From the NCBI GenBank assembly GCA_964016885.1, contig OZ024743.1, positions 331,018,001-331,082,000 on the forward strand: a DNA stretch of 64,000 bases. The letters are read 5' to 3'. The translations under genes were made by a program, and so were the position numbers. Shown here in pieces: positions 38,495 to 51,499 of the stretch. The notes beneath the pieces are model-generated. The model was not told the origin of the DNA. It ran no database searches and saw only the letters and a list, made by a program, of their open reading frames with translations. Each line of letters begins with the position of its first letter. Position 1 is the stretch's first letter. Source of the stretch: Eledone cirrhosa. Taxonomy: Eukaryota.

Positions 38495-38753
38495 GTATAT
38501 GTGTAAATATATAGAGTTATAAACTCAAATAGTCTTTTTATGCATATCTGTGTATTTACAGTTACACAAAGCCAGTAAATCTCAGAGATATATCAACACA
38601 CACAAACATACACACACACACAACGAATGTGACATAGACATATGTATAATGATGGAAGGTGAGAGAATAGTATCATCATCATTTATATGTATGCCTGTGT
38701 GTGTGTGTGTGTGTATGTGTGTATATGATATATATATATATATATATATAAAT

Positions 38754-38786
<33 letters not shown>

Positions 38787-38974
38787 CCAAGCTGTATATA
38801 TGTAGGAGGTGAGTTTTATTGTAGTACAATAAAGCAATGCAGATATCGGATAAGAAGCACTCTACAGTTTGTAGGACTGGAGTATACATAATATATAAGA
38901 ACAAAAGATGGTTAAATGTTGATTTAAAACTGCACTATCCACAAGTGTTTTTTAACCTTCATATCATGTCTTCC

Positions 38975-39045
38975 TGTTTTATCTGATGAAAACACAAATA
39001 TTATTGCATGATGATATTTGTTTTTGAAATGCGCATAATAAAATA
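38975..39045 (+). ncRNA. Type I hammerhead ribozyme in a solo PLE terminal fragment (38790-39078)
   Basis: tgttttat-CTGATGA-aaacacaaatatta...tgatatttgttttt-GAAA-tgcgca-TA-ataaaata; same family as the 15771 copy. Confidence 0.87.
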
Positions 39046-39073
39046 CATGGAACTCTTTCAACCATCTTTTGTT

Positions 39074-39114
<41 letters not shown>

Positions 39115-39186
39115 CAAAAGGGCAAAGAAACAAATGCAGGAGTCAATAGTACATAGTGTTATTAGCTTCACACTTGGTGATATATA

Positions 39187-39219
<33 letters not shown>

Positions 39220-39369
39220 CATCATCGATTAACGCCCATCTTCCATGCTAGCATGGGTTAGACGGGTCCTATTTTGAGGCAAGTTGTGTCGGGAGGTGAC
39301 CATGTCTCGCTCAAATAGGGGTGTTTCTGGCTGGTTTTCTACGGCTGGAGCCCTTCCTAATGCCAACCA

Positions 39370-40290
39370 TATCATCATCATCATCATCATCAACGTTTAA
39401 CGTCCGTGTTCCACGCTTGCATGGGTTTGGACGGGGGTAGTCCCACTTGAGGCAAGAGTGATTGTCTTGCTCGCATAGGACTGTCTGGCAGGTTTTCTAC
39501 AGTTGGATGCCCTTCCTAACACCAACCACATTTACAGTGTGGGTCTGGGAGGTTTTTACCGTGTTGCCTACACGGCCACATTACAGCGTGGACTGTGTGT
39601 TTTTTTGTCGTGACACCTACACGATCTCATTTGTTTCGGCCTCGATGGCGCGGCACCAACATAACTTTACATAGAACGGGGTGGTGTGGATGGGGTGGGG
39701 GTGGTGGGACGGGGTGTATTTGTTAGAGATGCCTACTGGCTGGAGTAGGTTTTACTATATATTTAGGTAAGGCGGGTCTTCTCTGTTACTGAGTACCGCC
39801 AAAGGTCTCGGTCCAGTGACATTGTCTTGGAGAGGTGTAAGTGTGTGATGTCGGAGTTTATCAGCTCGTCCCAGGTTTTTCTAGGTCTGCCTATTCCGTG
39901 ACTACCGTCTATCTTTATTGCCCTGCACTTTGTTATACAGCTATCGACTTTCATGCGCATCACGTGTCCATACCAACGTAGCCTTCTCTCGAGTAAACAA
40001 CATCTGATCCCTCTTATCTCTAATTTATTCCTTAGTTCGTTTATGCTTTGCCGTTCACGTATATTACTGTTACACATCCAGCGGAGCATGCAAGCTTCGT
40101 TCCTCTCTAGTCTGCGTATATCCTCTGCACACAATGCCCAGGTCTCACTGCCATGCAGCATTGCTGTTCGTATGCAGGCATCGTACAACCTGCCTTTCAT
40201 TTTTAGTGAGAACCCTTTAGCAGCTAATAGTGGTATAAGCTCTCTGAACTTTTTCCAACCAGTTCTGACTCTAGCTACAGTACTTTCAGA
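39370..40290 (-). mobile_element. RTE LINE 3' portion
   Basis: Encodes SESTVARVRTGWKKFREL...MLHGSETW...RRLRWYGHVMRM...GRPRKTW. The 3' UTR matches 4830-5209 and ends in (gat)n; truncated at (TA)n. Confidence 0.92.
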
Positions 40291-40637
40291 TATATATATA
40301 TATATATATATAATATATATAATATATATATATATATAATATATAAATATATATATATAATATATAAATATATATATATAGAGAGAGAGAGATACAAGTA
40401 CACTTGGTAGGGAAGAGAGTGAGAGAGAAGCAATCACAGGCAGAAAGACAGTCAGGTACAACATACACACATACACAGAAATAGTCAGACCCACACTGTG
40501 AAGTAACTAAACTTACACACAGACACACACGTGCACCACACACACCTAGTTGTGCATATGTCTCTTTCTCCCTCTCACTATAAATATTTTTATCTGAGAG
40601 TGGTGTATTTTTTTATTTATGTGAACATTAAATGATG

Positions 40638-40675
<38 letters not shown>

Positions 40676-40839
40676 AAGAGAGAGAGAGAGTCTGCAGTGC
40701 TGAGACCAGGGAGACCACTAATCATTTGAGTACTCAATGTATAGGGAGATGTAGAGTGGGTATAGATCTATGTAAAATCCCGACCACAGCACCAAGAGAT
40801 TTCAGCTTGTGTTTCCAGCAAGCTGTTTTAAAACTACAT

Positions 40840-42042
40840 CCTTACAGTTTGGGCTGGGTGCTTTTTGCAGTGACACCTACATGACCACTTTACAGAGAGG
40901 GCTGGGTGCTTTTTGTTGTGACACCTACATAACCACTTTACAGAGAGGGCTGGGTGCTTTTTGTTGTGACACCTACATGACCACTTTACAGAGAGGGCTG
41001 GGTGCTTTTTGTTGTGACACCTACACGACCACTTTACAGTGTGGGCTGGGTGCTTTTTGTTGTGACACCTACACGACCACTTTACAGTGTGGGCTGGGTG
41101 CTTTTTGTTGTGACACCTACATAACCACTTTACAGAGAGGGCTGGGTGCTTTTTGTTGTGACACCTACATAACCACTTTACAGAGAGGGCTGGGTGCTTT
41201 TTGTTGTGACACCTACACGACCACTTTACAGTGTGGGCTGGGTGCTTTTTGCAGTGACACCTACATGACCACTTTACAGAGAGGGCTGGGTGCTTTTTGT
41301 TGTGACACCTACATAACCACTTTACAGAGAGGGCTGGGTGCTTTTTGTTGTGACACCTACACGACCACTTTACAGTGTGGGCTGGGTGCTTTTTGTTGTG
41401 ACACCTACATAACCACTTTACAGAGAGGGCTGGGCGCTTTTTGTTGTGACACCTACACGACCACTTTACAGTGTGGGCTGGGTGCTTTTTGTTGTGACAC
41501 CTACACGACCACTTTACAGTGTGGGCTGGGTGCTTTTTGTCGTGACACCTACATAACCACTTTACAGTGTGGGCTGGGTGCTTTTTGTTGTGACACCTAC
41601 ATAACCACTTTACAGAGAGGGCTGGGTGCTTTGTGTTGTGACACCTACACGACCACTTTACAGTGTGGGCTGGGTGCTTTTTGTTGTGACACCTACACGA
41701 CCACTTTACAGTGTGGGCTGGGTGCTTTTTGTTGTGACACCTACACGACCACTTTACAGATAGGGCTGGGTGCTTTTTGTTGTGACACCTACACGACCAT
41801 TTTACAGTGTGGGCTGGGTGCTTTTTGTTGTGACACCTACACGACCACTTTACAGTGTGGGCTGGGTGCTTTTTGTCGTAACACATACATAACCACTTTA
41901 CAGTGTGGGCTGGGTGCTTTTTGTTGTGACACCTACATAACCACTTTACAGTGTGGGTTGGGTGCTTTTTGTTGTGACACCTACATAACCACTTTACAGT
42001 GTGGGTTAGGGTGCTTTTTGTCATGATGCCTACATGACCACT
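40840..42042. repeat. 48-bp minisatellite (~25 copies)
   Basis: Unit gggctgggtgctttttgttgtgacacctacataaccactttacagaga, period 48; gives 16-aa repeat ORFs on both strands. Confidence 0.95.
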
Positions 42043-42055
42043 ATTTATGTATATA

Positions 42056-42138
42056 CAGGGTGTCCCAAAAATGTATACACATATTTATTAGAATACTATT
42101 AAAATGTGTATATATATTATTTTGTGGGGGACACCCTG
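42056..42138. mobile_element. Tc1/mariner-type MITE
   Basis: TA|CAGGGTGTCCC ... GGGACACCCTG|TA; related copy at 57612-57687. Confidence 0.75.
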
Positions 42139-42883
42139 TATATACAGCATATATATATGATTTCCTCCGAATGAATCAGTTCTAGTCCTGTAGAAGCCAT
42201 TTCTATATTAAATATTTATACTCTGCTATGTATTGAGTACCTTACTGTCGTTACCTCCAATTGAACCCGGGATACACTCACACACATATATATATATATA
42301 TACACATATATATATATATAATTTATTATTTAAAAGCCTGTGGTGCTGGTAAGCCATGACAGTATAGGAAATGTATCCGATGCTCTTTATATTTAAGACA
42401 TAACAAGAGAGAGACAATAAAATAGAAAACCGGTAAAATAATGACTGCTATAGAACATACTATATAACAATGCTATATAATATGCTATATAATGACTGCT
42501 ATAGAACATCTTACGTACATTGGTAAAATATTTCTGAACATTGACTTCGCTTCTAACCCACATACACCTTTTAATTATATATATATACTAGCAGCTGAAA
42601 GTTAATAATTTGAAAAATATTATTGAAAGTTTATTATAAAGAAGCAGTATCAGGAAAAAAAGTTATTTCGCTGTTAATAAACAGTTGCCTTCTACAGTAC
42701 GTTTCATTTAACTTACGCAGCATATTTATTTGTATACATGCACAGACTCTTCTGTACACACACAACATGTAGGAAAACGGAAACAAAATGCACAAAAAAA
42801 CAAAACAAAAAAACAGACATTTTATTTCTATCGTAATCAAGTGCGCTAAACCTATATTGTTTGCATTCTGTGTTTTTCTATGG

Positions 42884-44104
42884 ATGGGCAGAAATAACAA
42901 AATTGCCATGGTGATATCCATCGATGAAGTATGCGACAAAACTGGTCGATGTTCCAAAATAGAACATTGCCCAGAAGATCACATCTGCCATATCTGTACG
43001 GAACCCGAAAACTCGTTCCGTAATCGTTGGGTCGAATGTGGAACCTGTCACATCTCTGTCTGCCTTCAATGCGCCACAGGCTTCCGGAAGATCCCAGGCC
43101 AAAACAAGAAACATCATATTGCTACGATGGATAGACTCTGGGAGATGGTCCAGCTAACAAACTGGTCCTTTCAGTGCCTGGACTGTATGCCTGCTTCTCC
43201 CATTGCTGCGGAACAACAACAAAGACCGAAGATCGTGTCTTCTACCATTGTTCCCAAACAACAACAACAAAAACCGAGGATCATGTCTTCCTCTACCATT
43301 GCTCCTGAACAACAGCAAAAACCAACGACCGTAGCTTCTGCTACTACCCCCATTGAAGGACTTCATCAACAACAGCAACCCATGTCTTCCTCACCCGTTA
43401 CTTTTCAACAACAACAACCGACGACTGTGTCTTCTACCATGCCAGTTGAAGGAGAAGAACAACAACAAAAACCGACCGTCAATACGGAGTTTGAGGAAAT
43501 ACTGCAAATGATTTCCGCTTTAAGCCAAGAAATAGCGGAAATAAAATCAAGCGTTCATGTAGAACCCCACTCTTACCGGAGTGCCTTGTTAAAAAATCTT
43601 CGCGTACCTCATGTTGAACCTAGACGCATTGAGAATGCCACTGAATCTGCAAACCATGAAGTGATTGCCATTGGTGTACCAGAAGACATAGTTGATCTTC
43701 AGGCATTTGCTGCCAGTTCATCCAAAGACCTGGGCTGTGCTCCCGCAAAGGGTGCGCTACGCCTTGGCCGACCAGGCCCGAAACCCAGGTTAATTAGACT
43801 GTCGTTTTCAAACTCAACTGAGGCACGTTCATACCTTGTAGCCTCTGATAAAGCTAGGCGTGAAAGTCGGATTGCTTTCCGAACACGCCCTGGTCTTCCA
43901 CCTGATGTCCGCCCAAAGTTGCGTGCTGCAGCTTCCTTAAACCGCAGCTCGGCAGAACATGAAAGCTTCAGCCTACGAGATGATGGGCAGATATGGAAGT
44001 TTGTTAAGGCTGGCGAATCATGGAAAAGAGACACCAGCTGGTCTGAAAACACTGTACCCACAACAACTGACAATAAAGAAACTGAAAAAACTCTGGGAAA
44101 CTAA
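42884..44104 (+). CDS. LINE ORF1p (PHD finger, Q/T-rich linker, coiled coil, RRM-like domain)
   Basis: CHIC...WVECGTC...C..C...FQCLDC, EFEEILQMISALSQEIAEIK, VIAIGVPE and RLGRPGPKPRLIRLSF. The start is ATG 42884 or 42908. Confidence 0.85.
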   Translation: MGRNNKIAMVISIDEVCDKTGRCSKIEHCPEDHICHICTEPENSFRNRWVECGTCHISVCLQCATGFRKIPGQNKKHHIATMDRLWEMVQLTNWSFQCLDCMPASPIAAEQQQRPKIVSSTIVPKQQQQKPRIMSSSTIAPEQQQKPTTVASATTPIEGLHQQQQPMSSSPVTFQQQQPTTVSSTMPVEGEEQQQKPTVNTEFEEILQMISALSQEIAEIKSSVHVEPHSYRSALLKNLRVPHVEPRRIENATESANHEVIAIGVPEDIVDLQAFAASSSKDLGCAPAKGALRLGRPGPKPRLIRLSFSNSTEARSYLVASDKARRESRIAFRTRPGLPPDVRPKLRAAASLNRSSAEHESFSLRDDGQIWKFVKAGESWKRDTSWSENTVPTTTDNKETEKTLGN

Positions 44105-46920
44105 ATCAGAACAACCTGCCATCCCCTGCACATAATCATAGACTGGAATCAAGGTACAAATTGTTGTCCTTGAATGCACGTAGTCTATGCAATAAGATTC
44201 ATCTTTTTGACTTCTACGTCAAAAGTATCAACCCTGACTTCATTACAGTCATGGAAACTTGGGCACATCCCTTACTCTGTGATGGGGTTTTCAGCATGAC
44301 TGGCTACAACCTGTTTCGTAAAGACCGCATTAATCGTGGTGGTGGTGGTGTAATGGTCTACGTTCGGTCAAATCTGTCGGCAATTCCTTGTGCTGATTTG
44401 AACCAATCACAGCAGGAAATTTTTTTCTGCGATATACGTATGACCATGTCAACTCTGCTACTTGGAGTCCTTTACCGTCCCCCAAACTACCATCAGGACA
44501 CTCAACTTTGTGATATCCTCAGAGCTGCTGCCAGGAAGACAGCCACTTATGTTTTCATTGCAGGTGACTTCAATCACCCTGAAATTGACTGGGAAACCTT
44601 TCGTTGGCCGCCAAGTGCAAATGACTTCCTTGAGCTAGTGCTGGACTCGAGTTGGTCCCAGGTGGTCACCTCCCCAACGAGAGGTGACAACACTTTGGAC
44701 CTACTCTTCACCACTACTCCTGAAACGGTCATTAGTGTTACTGCTGAGGAACCTTTAGGTGACTCTGATCATGCTATGATCATTGCCAATCTATCCCTCA
44801 TGGGCAGTAACAAGAACCACAACCATCTCCAAACTGCTCACTTTGACTGGAATAAAGCAGACTGGAACTGTTACTGCACCGAGTTGCAACGGCCAAACTG
44901 GCTTGAGTTCTACGACTCTGGAGATGTCAACACTGTACTCCAGAACATTCTGAGCTCAATATGGACAGCATGTGCAGCATCGGTGCCACGTAAGCGGAAA
45001 AAACATCCCAAAAGCGCAATTTGGGAGACTGCAGCAGTCCATCTTGCCAGAAAAGAATGGCGCAATGCTGAACGTGAGTACAAACTTCACAAATCAGACA
45101 TTAATAGGAAGAGGCAAAATAGATCGTCCAACCACCTCAAACAGGTGACAAAAAAAGGCAGTGCTTCAATTTGAGAAGCGCATAGCAGCCAGCCCTGACA
45201 GTAAGGTGTTCTGGAAGTATGTTCACTCAAAGCAGAGGCCTCACTCTCCAGTTGGTCCTCTTCGCAATCCCCACACAAGCCAGGTTACTGACGACCCCAA
45301 GGAATGCGCAGAGCTCATTGCTGAATGCTATGCAGGCATTTTCACTATTGAAGACCAGAGTGTACCATCTCCACCACCTCTGACACCGGACTCTATTACA
45401 ACCATGGAATTTACACTTGCAATGCTGCGACGTCACCTAAAAAATAAACGCAACCATGCCTCTCCTGGTTTTGGTGGTGTTACGTACCTGCTTCTTAAAC
45501 GTGGTGGGTACTTCCTTCTACACCAGTTATCACGCTCCTTCCAATTCTGTCTGAACAACAGTGCTACTCCAGAACAGTGGAAAACTGCTAGTGTCATTCC
45601 TCTGTTCAAAAAGGGTGACCGCACATCACCTGTCAACTATCGTCCAGTCAGTCTAACTAGTTGCATCGCCAAACTGATGGAATCCTGTGTCAGAGAAACA
45701 CTTTGGAACTTCTGGAGCTCTCACAGTTTTATCCGGCCCTCGCAATTTGGATTTATCCCCAACTCCAGCTGCTGTGATCAACTTATAGAGTTTCTTGAGG
45801 ACATCACCCGGATCACTGATGGCGGCTCATGGGTGGATGTTATTTACCTTGACTTTGCGAAGGCCTTCAATTCTGTGCCACACAAAAGGCTTATGGCAAA
45901 CTCTCTGCAATGGGTGTGAAGGATGATCTTTTTAACTGGTTGAAGTCCTTCATTCTCAGTCGAAGAGAGGTAGTCACGGTTCTGGGACAGCATTCCTCAC
46001 CATATGAGATGTCATCTGGTGTACCACAGGGATCTGTTCTTGGCCCCCTTTTGTTTGTGGCATATATTAATGACATAGATGCCAACTTAAGGAATGCCAC
46101 AGTACTAAAGTACGCAGACGACATCAAGCTGTACCTTGAGATAAAAAGGACAGATCCTGAACACTATAGATCTTGCTTGCAGTCTGACCTGGACACAATG
46201 CAACAATGGATCTCAGACTGGCAACTCAAGCTAGCTGTGGACAAGTGCACCACCATGCATTTTGGGAGTAAAAACCCAGCGTCGACATACTCCCTCCACA
46301 GCACTAATATCAAGAAGTCTTCTTGTGAACGTGACCTGGGCATTACGGTCAGCAGCAATTTGCGTTGGAGGCACATCTCTAAAATTGTCAAGGGGGCCGA
46401 GGGTGTCTTAGCATCACTCAGCAAGACCTTTGTCAGCTGCTCTCCAGATATCTATTTAAGGCTGTATACAGCTATGGTGCGACCACACTTAGAATTTGCA
46501 TCACCAGTCTGGAACCCCTATCTTGCTCAGAACATTGACTGCCTGGAAACTGTTCAGAGACGTGCAACCAAGCGAATACCCTCCATCAGGCATCTACCAT
46601 ACTCTGAGCGCCTTGCTTCCCTGGGCATGGATTCATTGAAGCTCCGACGCCTGGCAACTGACTTGGTAAACATCCACAAAATTGTTAACCATGTTTCCAA
46701 CAACAACCCTGAGTACCTTTTTGATTTCCATGTGTCTAACACACGTGGACATGCCCACAAAGTAAGAAAACAGCACAGTTCCCATGACTTTCGGAAACAT
46801 TTTTTCACGCTCAGAGTTGCTGAAGCATGGAACAAACTACCTGCATCAGTTGTTAGCTGTCGAGACACTGCATCCTTTAAGGCCTCCATGCTTCCCGAGA
46901 TCCGCCAACATTACAGCTAA
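44095..46920 (+). CDS. LINE ORF2p (APE endonuclease plus reverse transcriptase), interrupted by two single-base indels
   Basis: LNARS, ETW, GDFN, LDL and SDH (APE); NYRPVSLTS, YLDFAKAF, GVPQGSVLGP and YADD (RT). Frame changes occur at A-runs 45150-45156 and 45898-45900, with no in-frame stops otherwise. Confidence 0.9.
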
Positions 46921-47607
46921 CACATACACACATGTACTTCCCTGACATTTGTGTATTATTCTATGTACTATACATACACCTTTGACGAGTTGTAGTGCAC
47001 CTGAGCACTTTACATAATAATTTCATTATTTATTTAAATATTTATGTTATTGAATCATTTTTGTATGCGTGTGTGTCTACATATGTGTGTATGTCTACAT
47101 GTGTGTGTATGTGTATGTATGTCTACATGTGTGTATGTGTCTGTATGTGTGTATGTGTGTGTGTCTACATATGTGTATGTCTACATATGTGTGTATGTCT
47201 ACATATGTGCGTATGTCTACATGTGTGTGTCTACATATGTGTGTATGTGTATGTCTGTATGTATGTGTATCTAAATATGTGTGTGTCTACATATGTGTGT
47301 ATGTGTCTGTATGTATGTGTGTGCGTGTGTCTACATATGTATGTGTACCATTGTTGTGTGAATGCATGTATGTGTATGATTGCATGTGTGTATATGCGTA
47401 CCAGTGTATCTATGTATGTGTGTTTGTATGTCTAGAACTTAGAATGCTCAAAACTGTATCAGATGTCAAATCATTGATCAATCCCCAACCCCAGGGCTGA
47501 TACTTTTTTTATCCCCCCCCCCCCCCCTCCACGGGGGATGGGAAGGAAGGCAAAGTTGACTTTAGCAGGAGATTTGAATTTGAGAGCCAGAAATATTCTG
47601 GGGTAAT

Positions 47608-47990
47608 TAATAATAATGAAAATTATTGTGTACAGTGCTCAGGAGCACTACAACTCATTAAAGGTGCATGTATAGTACATAGAATAATGTACAAATGTCA
47701 GGAAAGTGAACAGTGTATGAGTCATGATATACACACAGATACATGCATGTGTGTGTATGGAGGGGGATATCAGGTGTAGTGTTGGCAAATTTCAGGAAGC
47801 ATGGAAGTTTTGAAGGATGGAGTGTCCTGACAGCTAACAACTGATGCAGGTAGTTTGTTTCATGCTTCAGCAACTCTGAACATGAAAAAATGTTTTCGAA
47901 AGTCATTGGAGCTGTATTGTTTTCTGATGTTGTAAGCATGTTCACAGGGGTTAGACATATGGAATTCAAAAAGGTGCTCAGGATTGTGCT
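47608..47990 (-). mobile_element. 3' end fragment of the same CR1/L2-group LINE
   Basis: Reverse complement matches 29600-30030. Confidence 0.85.
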
Positions 47991-48081
47991 CACCATCTCT
48001 CCACTTGTGTTCCTTTGTCTTCTCTTCTGTGAGTCTCAATGATTTGACAAAATTCCTCCAAATTCTTGTTTATTTTCAACA

Positions 48082-48267
48082 GGATTGGCACTATCGGTAG
48101 AGGGTCGGACACCATGCTTTGAAGCATAGAGTTATGTCCCTTTATGATCTGAGTTCAAATCCCGCCGAGGTTAACTTTGCCTTTCATCCTTACGGGGTTG
48201 ATAAAATAAAGTACCAGTAATGTACTGGGTAATTGCTGGCCTTGTGCCAAAAGTAGAAACAATTATT
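48082..48267 (+). mobile_element. tRNA-derived SINE (Nin-like core)
   Basis: gagttcaaatcccgccgaggttaactttgcctttcatccttacggggttgataaaataaagtaccag. Confidence 0.8.
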
Positions 48268-48687
48268 GGAAAATGCTAGGCAGTGTTTTCATTAGAAATA
48301 TGGCAACAAAAAGATTAATTTTTTAAAAACTGTTATAGTTTAGAAAATTAATTTTATTTTGTTATCTGTTATACATAAACATTATATCAATTTTTAGTAA
48401 TGCAGATCTGGAGTGCACATGGTGCATTATTATGGTATTATTACGCTAAGTTAGGTACCATTTTATGTTTAGGTACAATTGTTTCATTAGCTATCTGTTT
48501 CAGATATTTCACTGAGACAGACTCCAGCTCCTCAGCCTTTATTAATGTCATTGTGTGATGGTTATGTTCTTTTCCATCAAATGTGAAAATGTCCACTAGT
48601 TAGTGTGATAAATATATACACACCACAACCTTTTCAACAGATTGAGTTCTCTATCATCTCTGGATATTCTTTATTCAAACTATACAA

Positions 48688-48796
<109 letters not shown>

Positions 48797-49699
48797 TAAA
48801 TAGAAAGCTATGAATTAATGAGTGAAAGAATGAGGAATATTCAGTGAATGAAATGAGTCAGAGTCATAGAAAATGGTAAAAGGGAAGTGGAAGGAAAAAG
48901 AGGAGAACTAACAGTTAGATGTAAAAGAGGAGGAGAGAGGAACTCAAGGGTAAATATAGGAGAGGGCAAGAGAGAAGGTGGTAAAATATGTGTATAAGAG
49001 AGAGAAAGAGAGAGAGAGTTGAGAGAAATATGAGAGTAATTATAAACTCAGGGCTTCTTTCATTAGCCTCTTTCCTCTCTTATCTAGGAAAAGGAAAAGA
49101 GCCAATCAGGTTGGTATGAAAAGTGTTAAACTGCACCCAGTGTCTGGGTTTAGTGTTGGGAAACACAAGAGAGGGCTGGATTAACCATTAAGCAAAATAA
49201 TCACATGTTTAGGGTATCAAGGAAAGAAAAGCAGCATTTTATTCAAATTAAAATATTCGTCATTAAAAACAAAAAAAATTCTTTCTGCAAACTTTATATA
49301 TGAAGGGAGGGGCCACCATAATCTGTTAAGTGCTTAGGACCTTAAAAGGATTTAATATGATCCTGACACCAGATATTATGAAGAATGAAGGAACCTCTTA
49401 GTTGACATAACTCCCAGGCCTGCTCTTCTCCAGAACATTAGAATTTGAAATTTCTGCAGTGTAAAATGTATTACACCATTCTGATCCAGTACATTAGCCC
49501 CTACAAAGGTTGCAATATAAAATATATAACTAGTTTCTCCAACCCAAAACATTAACCCTCCAAAGTGTTACAGTATACAATGTAACACTAGAAAGTGTTA
49601 CAGAAAATGTCATTTAAAAAGATTATAACCCAGCAACATTTTTCCATGTTTTTACTCACCCACATGATGGCAAAAGAGTCAGTTAACTCAGGTTCCTCT

Positions 49700-50350
49700 C
49701 TACCTTCCTGAACTTATGCAACAAGAGGCTTCGAAGAGAAGAAGAATATTATCATTCTCGAAAGATAGAAGCCAAAGTTTGAACTGAAAATCTAAATCAA
49801 AATGAGATGAACAGTATGAGTGGATGAAGGGGTGCCCCATTCTGAAGGAATTGTTCTGTTTCCCATGTCTGTTATTTTGTCAAGAAATAACGAACAACTG
49901 CTAGCTACTGTAATTTGAACAATTTCATTACAGCTTTGACAAAACACAAAAAATCTTAGAACTATCTGAATTCCGTAATTCTCTGAAAACGTTTGGCAAT
50001 GATTCTGACCATACTTGCCATATCTTCTTCCTATGAGAGATCATCTCACATAATATCGAATCTATCTACGAGATTTTGATATTTATTTTGAGTACAATAA
50101 CCTTAGCATCAATATGAATAGCCAGTTTGAAGAGAAAGAGATGAGAGAATTTTGGCCGGATACAGCTGGTTTAAATGCTAAAGGGTTAAAGTGAGTAAAT
50201 AATTATATGATGTGTTCTCGAAATGAAGGGAGATTGAGTAATTTGGTCTTCAGTTCCATGAATAAAGACCTTTTGAAGAAAATGAAGGTAGAACATGCTG
50301 CTGATACAATTTATAGCAAAGTGATCAATGAATTTGCTAAAAAGAAATGA
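49700..50350 (+). mobile_element. Possible decayed hAT transposase C-terminus, interrupted by a piggyBac-type MITE
   Basis: 50200-50350 resembles the dimerisation-domain end (R.EGRLSNL...NKDLL...VINEFAKK); heavily decayed. Confidence 0.4.
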
Positions 50351-50686
50351 TTTTACAAGTAAATTTTAAATATCTCATTATTTGTAGGTTTTATTTTCTC
50401 AGATTCCTATTGTAACCAATAAGGGTCATCATGGCAAGCCTGTCACCAGGGTGTTACTAATGGGAGGGGACATCAAGTACAGTAGAAAGAGGTATGAAGC
50501 CTGAAGTGTGGCCTGTTTGTAGAAATGTATTTTCCCACATTAAATTTAGTTCATATTACATTCACAGATGAGACGGGCAAATAATTTTCCAAAAGGCAGG
50601 GAGTAAGGCTTGACAACCCCACTCTCTACCATGGTTATTAGCTTTCACCATGGACTGGATGCCATGCTTTCCAAGTCACCCTTCGT

Positions 50687-50735
<49 letters not shown>

Positions 50736-51183
50736 GGTTGTTATAAACTCACAGGAAAGCTGGACAGCAGGAGGTCTTCAAAGGAGAAACCCTCCCGTAA
50801 AGTGAGTGTTTCAGCCCTTAACTTTTGACACTCTAAGGAGGCCCGGACTGCATCCAGGTCATGACTCCTGGGTGCCCTTCTGCTGACATTTAGCCATTAG
50901 GAAATCAGTCTTGCTGTGTATTTAAACCATATGCAGATTGTGTTGACAAGATCTAGCTGGAATTCCTCTCCATTGCCTCTGCTTTCAAACTTATATTTAA
51001 ACACTGTACCAAGTTTGGAAAAACTCAAGAAAGTATATTTATATATATAGTTATATATATATCAAACAATTTGATTGGTATCTGCTATACTGTGGCTACA
51101 ACTTCGATTTATACCTATTATATATATATAAATTATAAGTTTGAAAAAGAGTCAGATAAAATTTATCCAATTTTTTTCTTCTT

Positions 51184-51220
51184 AGTCCTGATGAAGGAGT
51201 AGCATTCGAAACGTTAAGAC
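51184..51220 (+). ncRNA. Minimal hammerhead-like motif in a PLE terminal fragment
   Basis: CTGATGA-aggagtagcattc-GAAACGTT-aagac. The core is intact but stems I and II are weak; same architecture as 311-347. Confidence 0.55.
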
Positions 51221-51303
51221 CCTCTTCCTGCTATATCAAGCGTTAACCTAATATACCCCTTCCATATACTGTACCGATTGTGTTGTTATTTCTGTTTACC
51301 TTT

Positions 51304-51357
<54 letters not shown>

Positions 51358-51499
51358 AATAACAGCAACAATATCAATATTAATAGATCACTGCTAATGT
51401 AATAATTTGGGGTATTAAATAATTCCTGCATTAGCAACATTTGCAACGACGACAGCAACTGCGACAACAGCAGATGTACCAACAGTAGCAACAGAGGGT

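Larger units (their letters stand above)
42860..47035 (+). mobile_element. Near-full-length CR1/L2-group LINE (5' boundary uncertain)
   Basis: ORF1 with a PHD finger, ORF2 with APE and RT, and a short 3' UTR ending in an ATT-rich tail shared with two other copies. Confidence 0.93.

Noticed and set aside
40809-42026. 405-aa and 396-aa Cys-rich repeat ORFs on opposite strands
   Set aside because: They are translations of a 48-bp minisatellite derived from a retroposon tail; related 49-bp arrays break the frame.
42788-42883. ORF1 start at 42788
   Set aside because: The upstream extension is A-rich low-complexity sequence; ATG 42884 or 42908 is more plausible.
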